Positions 42,322-53,636 of a stretch of 64,000 nucleotides of DNA are shown here, in pieces. The notes beneath the pieces are model-generated. The model saw only the letters and a list, made by a program, of their open reading frames with translations. It made no database searches and was not told the DNA's origin. Every line of letters starts with the position of its first letter. The stretch's first letter is position 1. The stretch covers positions 64,001 to 128,000 of the IMG/VR virus record IMGVR_UViG_3300047548_001271, one strand, 5' to 3'. Origin of the DNA: a virus. A program made the position numbers and the translations under genes.

Positions 42322-44265
42322 TTTTTATTTCTTTCATTCTCAAACTTTTTTAAAACATCAGCAAAGTCTTTAGAACTGACTTCGATATTATTTTTTCTTA
42401 GATAGTTTTCAACCATTGTGACATATCTATCACCGAACCCAATATCGGGATTTACCCAATCATACTCACAAGCAAGGTGCATCATACCAGCTAATAGTTT
42501 TTTTTCTGTAGGTGTAAGACATATACATGTACTTTTTTTACAATAATGGCAAAATGATCCGTCCATAATAAACCTTTTATTTTAAAAGTTGGATAGTATC
42601 TGCTGTTATAACTTTTATATTTTGAAGAGTTAAGATTTTTTTGTCTAGTTCATTTAAAAATTTAACCCTGGTCGAAACAAATCGCCTAATCCATGCCACT
42701 TCATAATATAAGTGCCAATCTAATTTAGTAATTTCTGTTTTCAAATTCATTTTTAATTCCATTGAATGTTCTTATAAACATCTGAGGTATTGTTCTTTTT
42801 ATATAGAAAAGCGTATCGTCTTTTTTATTACCTTGAATATATTTTAATAATGCATAGTATGTTTCATTTGATCCATATTTTGTCATTTTATCATACATTA
42901 TTAAGTCTAAGCTAAGAATTATTTGAGATATATTCATTGTTAATTTGGTTTTCTAAACTAGTTTCTATAAATATAGAGCTTTCTGTTTGAGCCATAGACG
43001 TAATTATTAATCTATCAATATTCAAAGGTGATAAATCAATATCATCTCCTAGCGACCTTATATAGGTCTCTGCCTCTTCTAATGAATAAGCGACAATCAA
43101 CACTTCTGTTTCTGAATTTTTAAACTTAAAAACTTTTGGTTTTACATGATCATAATATAACATAGCTCAGCCCTTTGTTGATGCTCGACTTTCACATTCA
43201 TCATATAATGTATTATATACCTCAAACTGATACTCATCAATTGATGAGTAAGATTCAAGTAGATCAATGAATATTTTTTTTGCTGATTCGTTATTAATTT
43301 TTTTACAAATTTTTACCTTGTTATTAAAGGCGTTTTCAATTGAAAAATTTTTTATACCAAATATCTGAAAAATAACTTCGAGTTTACATTGAATAAAATA
43401 CTTTTCAAGCTCTGAGTGTTTTTCAGTTTGTTCAAATATAACACCTCTATACATTCTAACTATTTCTTCCGCATTCATCATTAATCTCACAATAAAAACT
43501 TAAGATGAAACTTCCATGTCAATATCTCTATCAAAATGATAGAGACAAGCGAATTTAAATTGACCCGTATATTGATTTTTGTAATTAAGAAATTTTACTT
43601 GGTGTGCTCCTTCCCAGACACCACCAGATCTATCTACTATAGATTTTAATTTCTCTACATCACTTTTAGAATATACAGTTTGTAGTCTTAGTGTAAATCT
43701 AGCTGACTTGTCCGAATCTCGATTATAACAAGCGAGAACATATGTGTTGCCACAATCTTCGCACTCACTCAAATGTTTTTCTAAATCTAGTGGAAGTTCT
43801 GAATTTATAAATTTGAAAATTTCGCTTTTTGGTCTATCACATTCTTGCATAAAACACCCTCAAATCTAGTTCAATTTTTCGTGATTGGTTGTTTTGGTAT
43901 GGTTTCCACTGGCATCATTTCTACAAATATATGAATAAGCAATGCAGTCGCTTCTCTTGTAGGTATATTAGTAAATAAATCATCTTTAAAAGATTCTATT
44001 TTTATATTTGAACTTGTCTCATGTGAAATTTGAGAATTAAAACATTTCCTATGAAGCCTTTTTCTCAAATTTGTATTAATTTTTTCTAATCTTGATTTTT
44101 TGATAATTTGACACCAAATCATTTCACCTATATCAAAATAATTTAATTGTTTAACAGAATTTACCATTAAATCTACGCCAAGCCTCAAATTATAAGAATT
44201 GCCGTAAGAAGCAAATAATGCTTTTTGTGCTTCATATTTTAATTCATCGACAAAAAAGTGTAGTA

Positions 44266-44580
44266 TCATGTATTAATCTCTGCTAAGATACTTTCAGCTA
44301 GTTCTTTAAATCCATCTTCTCTCGTTATCTCATAATGACTGTCTCTACCAACAAATTTATAATATTTTCTTTGTATAATTTCTACCCCATTGAATAGAAC
44401 AATTATGTCGTAGCCTTCTTCATTATGTTTCAATTTTTTTTCAAGACATCGTTTGAAAAGGTTTATCATTGTATCTCTTGATAGATCGTTTTCATAAACA
44501 AAATTTGATCCATAATTTTCCAAACAACAACCATAAGCATAATCAGATGAGTCAGGTTTATAAGCTATAAATGTGTACAT
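44266..44580 (-). CDS. hypothetical protein, tandem paralog 1
   Basis: YTFIAYK...GYDI.VLFNGVEII...EIT..D.FK.LAE.ILAEI shared with neighbour. Confidence 0.65.
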   Translation of the reverse strand: MYTFIAYKPDSSDYAYGCCLENYGSNFVYENDLSRDTMINLFKRCLEKKLKHNEEGYDIIVLFNGVEIIQRKYYKFVGRDSHYEITREDGFKELAESILAEINT

Positions 44581-44588
44581 ATTAACTC

Positions 44589-44882
44589 CTATTTAATTTC
44601 CGCTAAAATAGTTTCTGCTAGTTGTTTAAATTCGTCGTCGTGCGTTATTTCAAAATCACTTCCAAAATCTTTTTTTATAATTTCTACGCCGTTAAATAGA
44701 ACGAATATATCATAGCCGTTTTCGCCATAATTAAATTTCTTCCCACAATAATCCCTTAGCAAATGCACGATTTTATATTTTGATACCGGACTTTTATAGT
44801 AAAAATCTGACATAGAATAAGTTCCAGTATTATAATACTGAAACCAACTAGACGAGCTTTTATAGGCTATGAATGTATACAC
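44589..44882 (-). CDS. hypothetical protein, tandem paralog 2 (probable GTG start)
   Basis: Aligns end to end with 44266..44580; GGAGA Shine-Dalgarno before the GTG. Confidence 0.65.
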   Translation of the reverse strand: MYTFIAYKSSSSWFQYYNTGTYSMSDFYYKSPVSKYKIVHLLRDYCGKKFNYGENGYDIFVLFNGVEIIKKDFGSDFEITHDDEFKQLAETILAEIK

Positions 44883-46860
44883 GTTATCTCCTTTTTGCTT
44901 TAGCTTTTCTTTCTCTATACTTATCCGCATCACCACTAGGATCAAAATTAAAGCAAGGCGGCTTTCGATACTTCTCTTGTCCTTCTTCCATTATTTCGTA
45001 TTTCTGACGCTGAGATACTTCGAGCTGTCTTTTTCTAGCCAATACTTTCTTATACACGTTGGTCATGTAAAGCTGACCAGTTTTACAGCAGTAAAGAGAA
45101 AAAAGTTTAGTCATGATTGAGCCCTTTGCTTTCAGCCTTTAGTTGAAAATACAAACGATAATCGATAGGACGAAAATTGTCGCTTTTAATCTTAATTAAT
45201 TTAAATAAACGTGTTGAAATTCGTTTTTTACTGATCTTTTCCATTATGTCAGAAATTAATAAAATAAAAAAAATCTTTAAATTATTTGAATGCATTGCTA
45301 CTCTTTTAACCAAATACTAAACGTCCATAACATCTACCAGAACAAACAACTCCCCATGATCCACTCTTATAAATCTGATCTTCTGATATTGTTTCGTCGC
45401 ACATGCAGCAATCAACAACCCCAGAAAAGAGTTCATAAATTCCATTGCCTTTTGATGGAAATTGATCTTTTGTTGGATCGAAGATAGATCCGTCTGGTCT
45501 GACAGTCCACCAGTGCTGCATCTGTTTGTTCCAGATTGGACAATAGTAGTAGCCTCTGCATAATACTAGAGAGCTATCATTTTGGCAAGCTAATTCCGAA
45601 TATTCTTTGCATTTTCCTCGAAATTTTAGATAGTCACTCATTATTAGATCTTTCTTGCATTTTTTCTATTTTAAAACCTTGTAAAAAAAACCATGTAATA
45701 ATTTCCTTATTCTGTATTAATTGTTTGTTATTGAGAATTTGAATGTGGACTTTATTCCTGTGTTCATTTTTAACAGAATAACAAATCGCAAGATTATTTT
45801 TACTAAATATTGAAAGGTGAAAGTCTCTAAGCATCATGAATTTTTTCTAGTGCTTCAGCACAATAATCAAATATGCAATAACGAGTAAGATCTGTAACAA
45901 TAAAAAAAGTAATCATTTTATGAAATTTATTATCACCTTTTAAATAATGAGAATCTAAAATCTTACACAAGACTTTGTCAAAAAATATTGAATTAAAAGA
46001 TTTTTTTAGATTATTCATTTTTAAGACCATTCACAATAAAACCTTTAACAAAAAAAGAAGAAACAATATCAATTTTTCGTCCACCGTAATGACAAAATAA
46101 ATTAAATACTTGGAGAGTCCTTTCTCCGCCAATACCTTTGTCAATTTTTGTAAATAAAATATAATAATAAATATTACGCATTTTAAGTTTCATTCACAAG
46201 TTTTTTATACATTAATGAACCAAGAAAAAATTTTAAACCAAATATTTCTAGGCAATAGTTTTCTTTATCTTGATTAATCTCGATTTTTTTTACCAAAGCA
46301 TTATTCCATAAACTAAACAAGTTTGCAGAATTAAGTAGCGATTCATAAGTTAAATTATTGGAGTTTCTATACTCAATAAATTCTTTTGTCTCAAAGCACG
46401 ACCATTCTAAAATGTAATTTTCGTATTCTACTGTAGCGCAAATTTCTGTTGGAAAGTCCACATAGAGCATCGGGGTTATCTTGGTTTGTTCGTTTTGTCC
46501 TTTTTCAACAAAAAGTCTGTACTGTTTTTCAAGATCCCATTTTTCAGTTAGTGTGATGCTTTTAATTTCACCAAAATCGGATATACTATCTATCATTAAT
46601 GCCTCCATAATTATTCCATGGACTACAGCCAAATCTTAGATTTAATCAAAGAGAGCTGATCTAATCTGTGAGTAACTTTCTCTTGTGACAAAATTTTCAC
46701 CATCAATGAATTTAATGTCGCATCCAGTATTATTTCGTTCTCTAATCCACGCAATATTACCCACGTTAATTAGGATTTTTCTTTCTAACTGTCGATAGTC
46801 ACGAGTAAATATAATTTCAGTAACTTCAATAAATTTCATTATAATTTCTTTCTTAAAAAA

Positions 46861-46951
46861 TTAACCGCAGGAGAGAGGTCACTCCAACCCGACCAAAACC
46901 GAACTCTAGGTCGCCCTCTGGCTTATGGTTTTCCTGATTACATGCGGTTAA
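46861..46951. ncRNA. candidate structured RNA/3' element after the RNA ligase gene
   Basis: TTAACCGCA/TGCGGTTAA ends, AGAGG/CCTCT, CGACC/GGTCG, possible AAAACC/GGTTTT pseudoknot. Confidence 0.4.
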
Positions 46952-48231
46952 GAAACTTCTTCCATATCTTGATAGTCGTCAGCTTCCTTAGCAATCCCCT
47001 CCAGAACCTTAAAGAGGAACGATTTGTTCTTGAAAGTCTTCCATTTACTAGAGTCTACGCGAACGCACACTCCTTCTCGCGGATGACGAGGATCAACCAA
47101 GTCAGGTCCGTCAGTAAATCCATCCACCACTTCAAGAAGTTTATCGTAGTCTCCATCGAAAGTCAAGCGAGAAATCTCAGGAACGTATTTGACGCCCCAA
47201 GAATCACATTTCGACTTCACTTGATCCCATGTGAGATCGATAGCCTCGCCATTAGGAAGAACGTAAGCAATACGATAGACGTAGATATCAAAGTCAAGAA
47301 CAGGGAAACCAGTTTCATCGCATTTGCGAGCATCACAGTTATAGGTATAAGTAATCTTATCGCCATACAACTTCTTAACTTCCTTGTCCTTAGTTTTAGA
47401 TGTATCTTGAACTGGCATGATAGGTTTACCATACTCAAAACCAACAACCTCAAAGAAAATTTCCATATGGTCTTCGAGATATGGATATAGCTTTTCAGCC
47501 ACCTTTTCGCGGAAAGACTCAGAGTAATACCCAGTGTCATCTCCACGAAGTGTTACGTTACGAGTCCCATTGTAGAGACGCATAACTTTACGATCTCTCT
47601 TGATTTTGAAGAATTCGAGAACTCTGTCATACCATTTTTCCGGTTTCTCTTCGTAGTTCTTTGCAACTCGCTGAGAAGTTCCGTGCATTTTTAGAGTGAT
47701 GACAAGGTTATCACCAGCTTTGATCGAAGCTAGAGAGTGACGTAGCTGCTCAGTATCCTTATGTTTCGGAAACCAAATGCTCTCACGACAAACCTTAGTA
47801 GAGTTATTGCTTCTAGCTCTAAGAGTCCGAGGAGAAAAGTATTTCTTGCAGATTTCCTTGCCGTTAAATGTGGCGATTTTATCTCCTTCTTTCAGAGAAG
47901 AAGTATCACCAGCGTAATTCAGGTGCGACAGCGGACACCAAAATCCATTAGATTTTAGGCCTCGAACTTTTTGTGCTCGAACCTTACGGTTTTCATCGAA
48001 CATTCCTCCGGCATTAGTTCCGTCCGGATTCTTTCGACGAACGAGATCATTTGCAGCGGCAAATTCTTCGCTAAGCTGTAGATCGCAAGGGAAATACAGA
48101 CCTAGTTCACCATCAGCAGTCTTGTTCGAAACAACAATAGTTTCCCCAAGAACCCAACCAACAGCAAGCGAATGAACTTCTGGATCTGGGTGTGGTGTTA
48201 CTTTAATTCGTGTTACAATGGCTTCGTGCAT
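46948..48231 (-). CDS. RNA ligase (Rnl2/DRB0094-like)
   Basis: N-terminal OB-like 'V.PHP..HSL', HKDTEQL, motif I TLKMHGTS, FEVVG, REGVCVR, K.K. Confidence 0.85.
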   Translation of the reverse strand: MHEAIVTRIKVTPHPDPEVHSLAVGWVLGETIVVSNKTADGELGLYFPCDLQLSEEFAAANDLVRRKNPDGTNAGGMFDENRKVRAQKVRGLKSNGFWCPLSHLNYAGDTSSLKEGDKIATFNGKEICKKYFSPRTLRARSNNSTKVCRESIWFPKHKDTEQLRHSLASIKAGDNLVITLKMHGTSQRVAKNYEEKPEKWYDRVLEFFKIKRDRKVMRLYNGTRNVTLRGDDTGYYSESFREKVAEKLYPYLEDHMEIFFEVVGFEYGKPIMPVQDTSKTKDKEVKKLYGDKITYTYNCDARKCDETGFPVLDFDIYVYRIAYVLPNGEAIDLTWDQVKSKCDSWGVKYVPEISRLTFDGDYDKLLEVVDGFTDGPDLVDPRHPREGVCVRVDSSKWKTFKNKSFLFKVLEGIAKEADDYQDMEEVS

Positions 48232-48254
48232 GTTAGTACCTTTCTATGTGGACT

Positions 48255-48282
48255 ATTGTACTTGATTCTGATTCTCTGTCAA
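48255..48282 (-). promoter_or_regulatory. sigma70-type promoter of the RNA ligase gene
   Basis: TTGACA-N16-TACAAT. Confidence 0.7.
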
Positions 48283-49475
48283 GGCTTTTTTTATACGTGA
48301 TTTTAAATGAATACTAGCATTAACTTGATTTATACGAGAAAAATAAAGACAGTAATAATGGTAATATTTACGAAATAAAACATTGTGCGATTTTTTAAAC
48401 ACATCATTTGCAATGTATTTAATCATTTAATATGATTCTCCGTAAGGAAGGCATATAATATATGCGATTTTAACCCAATATGATGAATTATGTTTTTATA
48501 AAGAAACATATAAGGCGACTTCTTTTTATGTTTCTTCGAGAAAATTATAGTATTATGTATTTTTATATCAACATCATCTATATAATCTTTAATCATACAA
48601 CTCATTCTTTATGTAAAATTCGAAGTGAATGATTGACAATTTTTTACCATTAATCAGTCGTGCAAATAAAGCTAGGCTTTTAGGTCTAACAGAGGATTTA
48701 ATTAAATCAGTTATATATTTGAGTTGCATATTATAATCGCTCCACAGTCATCACATTTAAAACATGTAACAAAGAAGCTAATTTTGTGCGTGTTTTTATG
48801 AGGACATTCAGATTGAATTTTATCTGAAATCTCCCATATTTGATGTTCAAGATCTGAAATCTTTATTCCAAGCTCTTGTCTTTCGTTTTCTAGTTGATGT
48901 AATTGGGTTTGTAATTGCTGTTTTTGCTTTATTAGATTACTCATTTTATTTTTCCACAATTTTTACATTTAAGAACTGGAATTGTATCTAAAGATTGCCA
49001 ATTTATTATGTCTGATTTAACATACTCTTTATGCTTACAATCTTTAGTTTCAGCTTTTAATACATCAGATAGTAAATTTACTTGCTTTTTCTCTGATTCT
49101 GCTAAATCCGCAAGTAATCTATCTCGCTCTCTAGCAAAATGCTGTCGAGTTTTTGCTAGTTCGGATTCAAACTTTTCAAATGGTGTCATCTTCACCTCCA
49201 ATAAATCTGTGTGTTTATGAATGGGTCAAGCATTCGAACTATGTTATCTGGTGTAATAAGCTTGCCAACAATTTGAGTGATTTGTTCATAATGAACAGAA
49301 TAAACTCTTTCTTCATTTGGGCTATAAACTTTAACCCACCGATCCTCATCAGGATTGTATTTTTCTACGACTAACATGACTTGAGGCTCAGCATCATCAA
49401 AAGAAACTTCAACCCAAGTGCTTGGTGTGATAACCAATTTACTCATTTTATTCTCCTGATATTATAAAGGTCGAG

Positions 49476-49506
49476 AAAAAAACCGCCACCAGCGACGGTG
49501 ACGGTT
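49476..49506 (-). terminator. intrinsic terminator
   Basis: AACCGTCACC/GGTGGCGGTT stem plus U-tract after the SPFH gene. Confidence 0.75.
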
Positions 49507-49534
49507 ATTATAATTACGGTTTTAGCTCTGTCAA

Positions 49535-50791
49535 TTACTTTTCTGGAATTTGCAGCAGAAGATCCATATTTCCATTCCCCATGAAGTAGGTCGGGAAACT
49601 ACCATTCCACTTTTCAACCTTCTTAGTTTCTAGTTCTAACCTCTTCAAGCCAAGATACAATTCAGTGTCTTTCTTTGCTTGTTCAGCTTCATACGTCTTC
49701 GCGTCTGCAACGAGTTTGATTGCGTCAGCCTCTCCTTGTTTCTCCGTAAGGATAGCTTTAGCCTTTGCCTCCGCTTCAAGCTGAATACGCTTGTTTTCTT
49801 CAAGCTGGGCTGTTGTTTTCGCAATCGCAATGAAAGATTCTTGTTCGGCGTTAAACACCTCAGCCATCTTTTCTTGAATTTTTGGGTTACGATATACAAA
49901 TCCACCAGTAATTCCTAGATTTGTAATTGTAATACCTCGTAGAGCAAAAAAGTCTGTAATATTTTTTGTTACTTCTCGAATAATTGGAGTGGCTTTAGAT
50001 TTTAGTTCATCCATTGGCTTATCAGTAACGGCGAGACTAAATTCACTCTGTAGTTTTGCTCTAATTTCACTATCAAGAACTGATGCAAGGCTTCCGTTTT
50101 TATATGTTGACAAGAATAGTGCGGCGTCTTCTCGTGATTTGATATATGCAGTACAAGTCCAACCAGTAGAAAATTCAACTTGATCGCTAGTCATTACCCA
50201 AATAGCTTGATCAAACTGCGACGTACCAGACTTTGTATCCGCTGTCCATTCTCGCGTGACCGGTTCAGTTGCAACTCGGATCAATTTAGCAGCATCAATC
50301 CATTCTCCATTCCACCCTTTAAACCAAGCGAATGTATTATATCCTCTGTCAACCCACATTTGAGGAATTTTTACTTGCTGAGAAAGAACCACCTTTTTTT
50401 CGTACTCTTCTGCAGAAATTGCGGCTTGATTTTGAACATCTGCATTGTTGATAATGAACGCCACCTCATTTGGTTCAACCATCTCATATTTGTTCGGCTC
50501 GAAAGGTTTTCGACACCCGCTTATGAAGAACAAGACAACTAAAGGAAAAAGGCTCTTCAGATACTTCAGCTTAGAACGATACGCAGTAATCCACATCAAA
50601 ACAACTCCTACAACAGATAGTGACCAACAAGCAGACCTCACTTGAGAATCAACCATTAACTCGTTGGTTATTGGCTTATTAAACTGATTAATATGTGCTT
50701 CCCTTTTTAGTTGAAGATTAGCACTATCATAAATCGACAACCCCGCAAAAACAAGACTCGTCACGACAACCAGCAAAATAAATTTGTACAT
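49535..50791 (-). CDS. SPFH/band-7 domain membrane protein
   Basis: N-terminal TM helices, GITITNLG, Ala/Glu-rich coiled coil, EKWNG.FP. Confidence 0.8.
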   Translation of the reverse strand: MYKFILLVVVTSLVFAGLSIYDSANLQLKREAHINQFNKPITNELMVDSQVRSACWSLSVVGVVLMWITAYRSKLKYLKSLFPLVVLFFISGCRKPFEPNKYEMVEPNEVAFIINNADVQNQAAISAEEYEKKVVLSQQVKIPQMWVDRGYNTFAWFKGWNGEWIDAAKLIRVATEPVTREWTADTKSGTSQFDQAIWVMTSDQVEFSTGWTCTAYIKSREDAALFLSTYKNGSLASVLDSEIRAKLQSEFSLAVTDKPMDELKSKATPIIREVTKNITDFFALRGITITNLGITGGFVYRNPKIQEKMAEVFNAEQESFIAIAKTTAQLEENKRIQLEAEAKAKAILTEKQGEADAIKLVADAKTYEAEQAKKDTELYLGLKRLELETKKVEKWNGSFPTYFMGNGNMDLLLQIPEK

Positions 50792-51760
50792 AAACTTTTC
50801 CTTTTTAAATAATTTGAATGAATGTACAGTCTTTGCATCCCCAAGAAGTATTATCATCCCATGTATTATTGCTTCCGCATTTTGGACACTTCATTTATAA
50901 GATCCTTTTTATATTAGTCAACTTTAATCCCACTTTTTTCAAGAACTTTCTTAGCTCTTTCAATTTGTTTTTTCTCTGCTAAGGCTTTTCTTTTTTGTTG
51001 AGCCTCTTCTTGTTTTTTAATTTCTTCTTTTTCTTTTTCTTGTTCATCTTGAATGAATTTCTTAATATTCTCAATAAAACCATCAATCGTTTTTTTGCTT
51101 GTAATGTCTTCTAAAATAACTATTTCAGTATTATACTTTGATAAACGTTTTTTACCTTGTGGGCTTTGTAACCATTTAAGTTCCTCTTCCGTTACATCTT
51201 CCCATTCAGATTGTTCATTTGTCTCAAAAAGTTTAGCATTTTGACAAAATGTATAATTACAAGTATCACAGTGTATAATATTGTTATGAACTCTAATCAA
51301 TTTAATTCTTGGCATGGCACACCTCATTTGACATCGTTAAAGCCCAGATCATTAATCCGCGTTTATGGTTGCCGCCACTAACACGAATATAATGACTTGA
51401 TATTTCATTATGTGGATATTCATCTGCATCGCAGAATATTTTTTTACTTGGAACCCACATCATTCCTGAGTCAGTAATATTCAAGAATATACCACTAGTA
51501 TGCTTGTATACTAGCGTGTCTTTATCTTGAGTCCATCCAATACCTGGTTTTAGTTTATTTTTCTTCATTCAATTCACCAGTCATCCATTTTCTCAAATCA
51601 ACAATTAAAAACCAATCTTGGTTAATTTTTTTAGCAATTTCTAAAGCTTGTTCTTCTGTTTCAAAGCATCCTCTCCAATCTTCTGTTCCTGCGGAGTAAC
51701 ACTCGTTATCTGCAGCGATTAGCAGAAATGGTTTATTCATTATAAATTTGCTTTCTCAAG

Positions 51761-52018
51761 TGGACCTGGCCGGATTCGAACCGGCGTCTCAAACTAACTA
51801 TATAACAATTCATTCACACGTTTAGTTGCTGAGCAACGTCCTTAGTTTATACGATAACAATCCACTCTTGGTTGATAGGGTTTGTGGAGACCCCACGCTT
51901 ATGCAGCGAGAGAAACGATGTTTGCTCTTATTTTTTGATTGGCTTTTTACGAGGCCAGCCGATCAACCTCGACGTGCATCATTATACCGCTTCATCTGAT
52001 CGATACCATTACAGGCCC
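51761..52018 (-). ncRNA. ssrA: tmRNA (258 nt, tag ANIVSLAA)
   Basis: GGGCCTG/CAGGTCC-A acceptor with G3.U, T-arm GCCGGTTCGAATCCGGC, PK1 (GAGG..GGCT GGCCTC..AGCC), resume codon GCA, ORF GCA AAC ATC GTT TCT CTC GCT GCA TAA at 51925-51899. Confidence 0.92.
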
Positions 52019-52020
52019 AA

Positions 52021-52107
52021 TGCGAGAAGGTGGGATTCGAACCCACATGTTTAGCCAGTGGCACTTGATTTACAGTCAAGCTCCTTCACCAATTTGGATA
52101 CTCTCGC
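52021..52107 (-). tRNA. tRNA-Tyr(GUA)
   Basis: CTTGA-CTGTAAA-TCAAG; long variable arm. Confidence 0.9.
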
Positions 52108-52360
52108 TAATAAAATCTTCACAAACTATGTACATACAATTAGTTCCTACTTCAATAGAATGCTTTGGAAAATACGGATCTCCATATTTTTTAGATATTT
52201 CATTATTTTTGATAAGACCGGGTGTTTTGCCGTTTTCATCAAAATAAAGTGGAAATGATTCTCTACCAAAACAATCTCTTTGTTTCCAGAAACATTTTTC
52301 ATTTTTACATTCGAATGTTGATGGGCATTGATATGTTGTTTGCATGTTAAATCATTCTAT

Positions 52361-52433
52361 TCTAGGTGGCAAGACTCGAACTTGCAACTTCTTGGCCCCA
52401 AACCAAGCACTCTACCAATTGAGCTACACCCAG
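52361..52433 (-). tRNA. tRNA-Pro(UGG)
   Basis: CTTGG-TTTGGGG-CCAAG. Confidence 0.9.
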
Positions 52434-52443
52434 TTATATATAT

Positions 52444-52471
52444 AGTTTATCACATAAGTGGCGAATGTCAA
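52444..52471 (-). promoter_or_regulatory. sigma70-type promoter for tRNA-Pro/Tyr/tmRNA
   Basis: TTGACA-N16-TAAACT. Confidence 0.65.
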
Positions 52472-52635
52472 GTCATTTTTGATCGATTTGTTTAGTTATA
52501 CAGTTAACAATAAAATTAAACACTCTTGATTGATCTTTTATTGGATATTCAAATGTATCGCAAAAAAATATCCGATGCTCACGTTTTAAATCAAAGCGGC
52601 GGCATATATTTTCATATTCAATAAAATTTATTATG

Positions 52636-53097
52636 TTAGATATCATTTGATGTAAACTTTTCATATTCACTTTCCATCATTAAATAACAAAAAACATTTC
52701 TTCCGTGAGTTAAATATGTATATATCTTTGTTTTTGGATTAAACTCCAACCAAATATCATTCCACGGCCCACGAAATGTTAAAGCCCATGTGTCTGAATG
52801 AGACACCACTCGATGTATATTATTTCTCGGAGTGAATTTTGGCAAGAACGACGCTTTAAAATTTTTATTTTCTCCGGTCAATTTTTCTTCTGTGACTTCT
52901 CCGCTCAAAAACCAAGTAATAGCATTAAATGCGTGTGAGTGGTAATTTTCGCGAGAGCCATTCTTAAAATGAAGAAGTCCAATTGAAAAGAGCTTCTTCC
53001 ATTCTACTAGAAAATATCCAGTAACACCAGACTCAGCACCGCCGTCAAATTTTTTATAAAAGAATCGTGGAAGCCATTTGTGAAGAAATACATTCAT
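52636..53097 (-). CDS. cupin-like phage protein
   Basis: YHSHAF...E...HRV...W.L.F.GP. Confidence 0.6.
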   Translation of the reverse strand: MNVFLHKWLPRFFYKKFDGGAESGVTGYFLVEWKKLFSIGLLHFKNGSRENYHSHAFNAITWFLSGEVTEEKLTGENKNFKASFLPKFTPRNNIHRVVSHSDTWALTFRGPWNDIWLEFNPKTKIYTYLTHGRNVFCYLMMESEYEKFTSNDI

Positions 53098-53378
53098 CTA
53101 CGACCATCCTCTTGCAGTAAAAAGTGTGCTCTATATACTGGCTTTGTAAAACCTAAATATATTTCCCAGTCAGAATATCCATGCTCGACAAATCTATCTT
53201 TTTCTCTTATGTATTCTACTACACGTTTCTCTTTTAGTTGTTCAGAATAAACAACTCTAAATTTTTCAACGTCTGTATGGATTGTTTTTATTTCGTATCT
53301 ATCAAGTTCTTTACGAACGTCATTTCTTATTTGATCTATACAATGTTTATTATTTGGGTGCGTTATTATGTATTGCAT
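53094..53378 (-). CDS. hypothetical protein preceded by a UMACAGCA RNA module
   Basis: 94-aa ORF. Confidence 0.5.
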   Translation of the reverse strand: MQYIITHPNNKHCIDQIRNDVRKELDRYEIKTIHTDVEKFRVVYSEQLKEKRVVEYIREKDRFVEHGYSDWEIYLGFTKPVYRAHFLLQEDGRR

Positions 53379-53383
53379 AAAAA

Positions 53384-53437
53384 GGTCACTTTCTTAGTAT
53401 CGAAACTAAATAATCCATATTAATGCTGTGAGTGACC
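53384..53437 (-). ncRNA. UMACAGCA module, leader copy E
   Basis: GGTCAC-TCACAGCA...TTAGT/ACTAA hairpin-GAAA-GTGACC. Confidence 0.6.
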
Positions 53438-53636
53438 ACATTACTCGCCGTGACGAGTAAAGATCTCTTTCCACACATGGTGGACGAGGCTATCGCTTTA
53501 ACATCTCCATTATGAGAGCCCAATCAAGAAGCATACTAAAAATATGTATAAATCCATAAATATACAAATTATAGTAAGGTTGTTTTCTTAAAATAAAACT
53601 AGAAAAAACATTTATTAGTGTAAACATTATTAGTTC

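Noticed and set aside
46861-46951. Twister, hammerhead or c-di-GMP riboswitch assignment
   Set aside because: Conserved core nucleotides could not be matched; left as unknown
46942-47490. 182-aa plus-strand ORF
   Set aside because: Antisense to the RNA ligase gene, with no recognisable motifs
51872-52258. Plus-strand ORFs 51872, 51939 and 52058
   Set aside because: Antisense shadows of tmRNA and tRNA-Tyr
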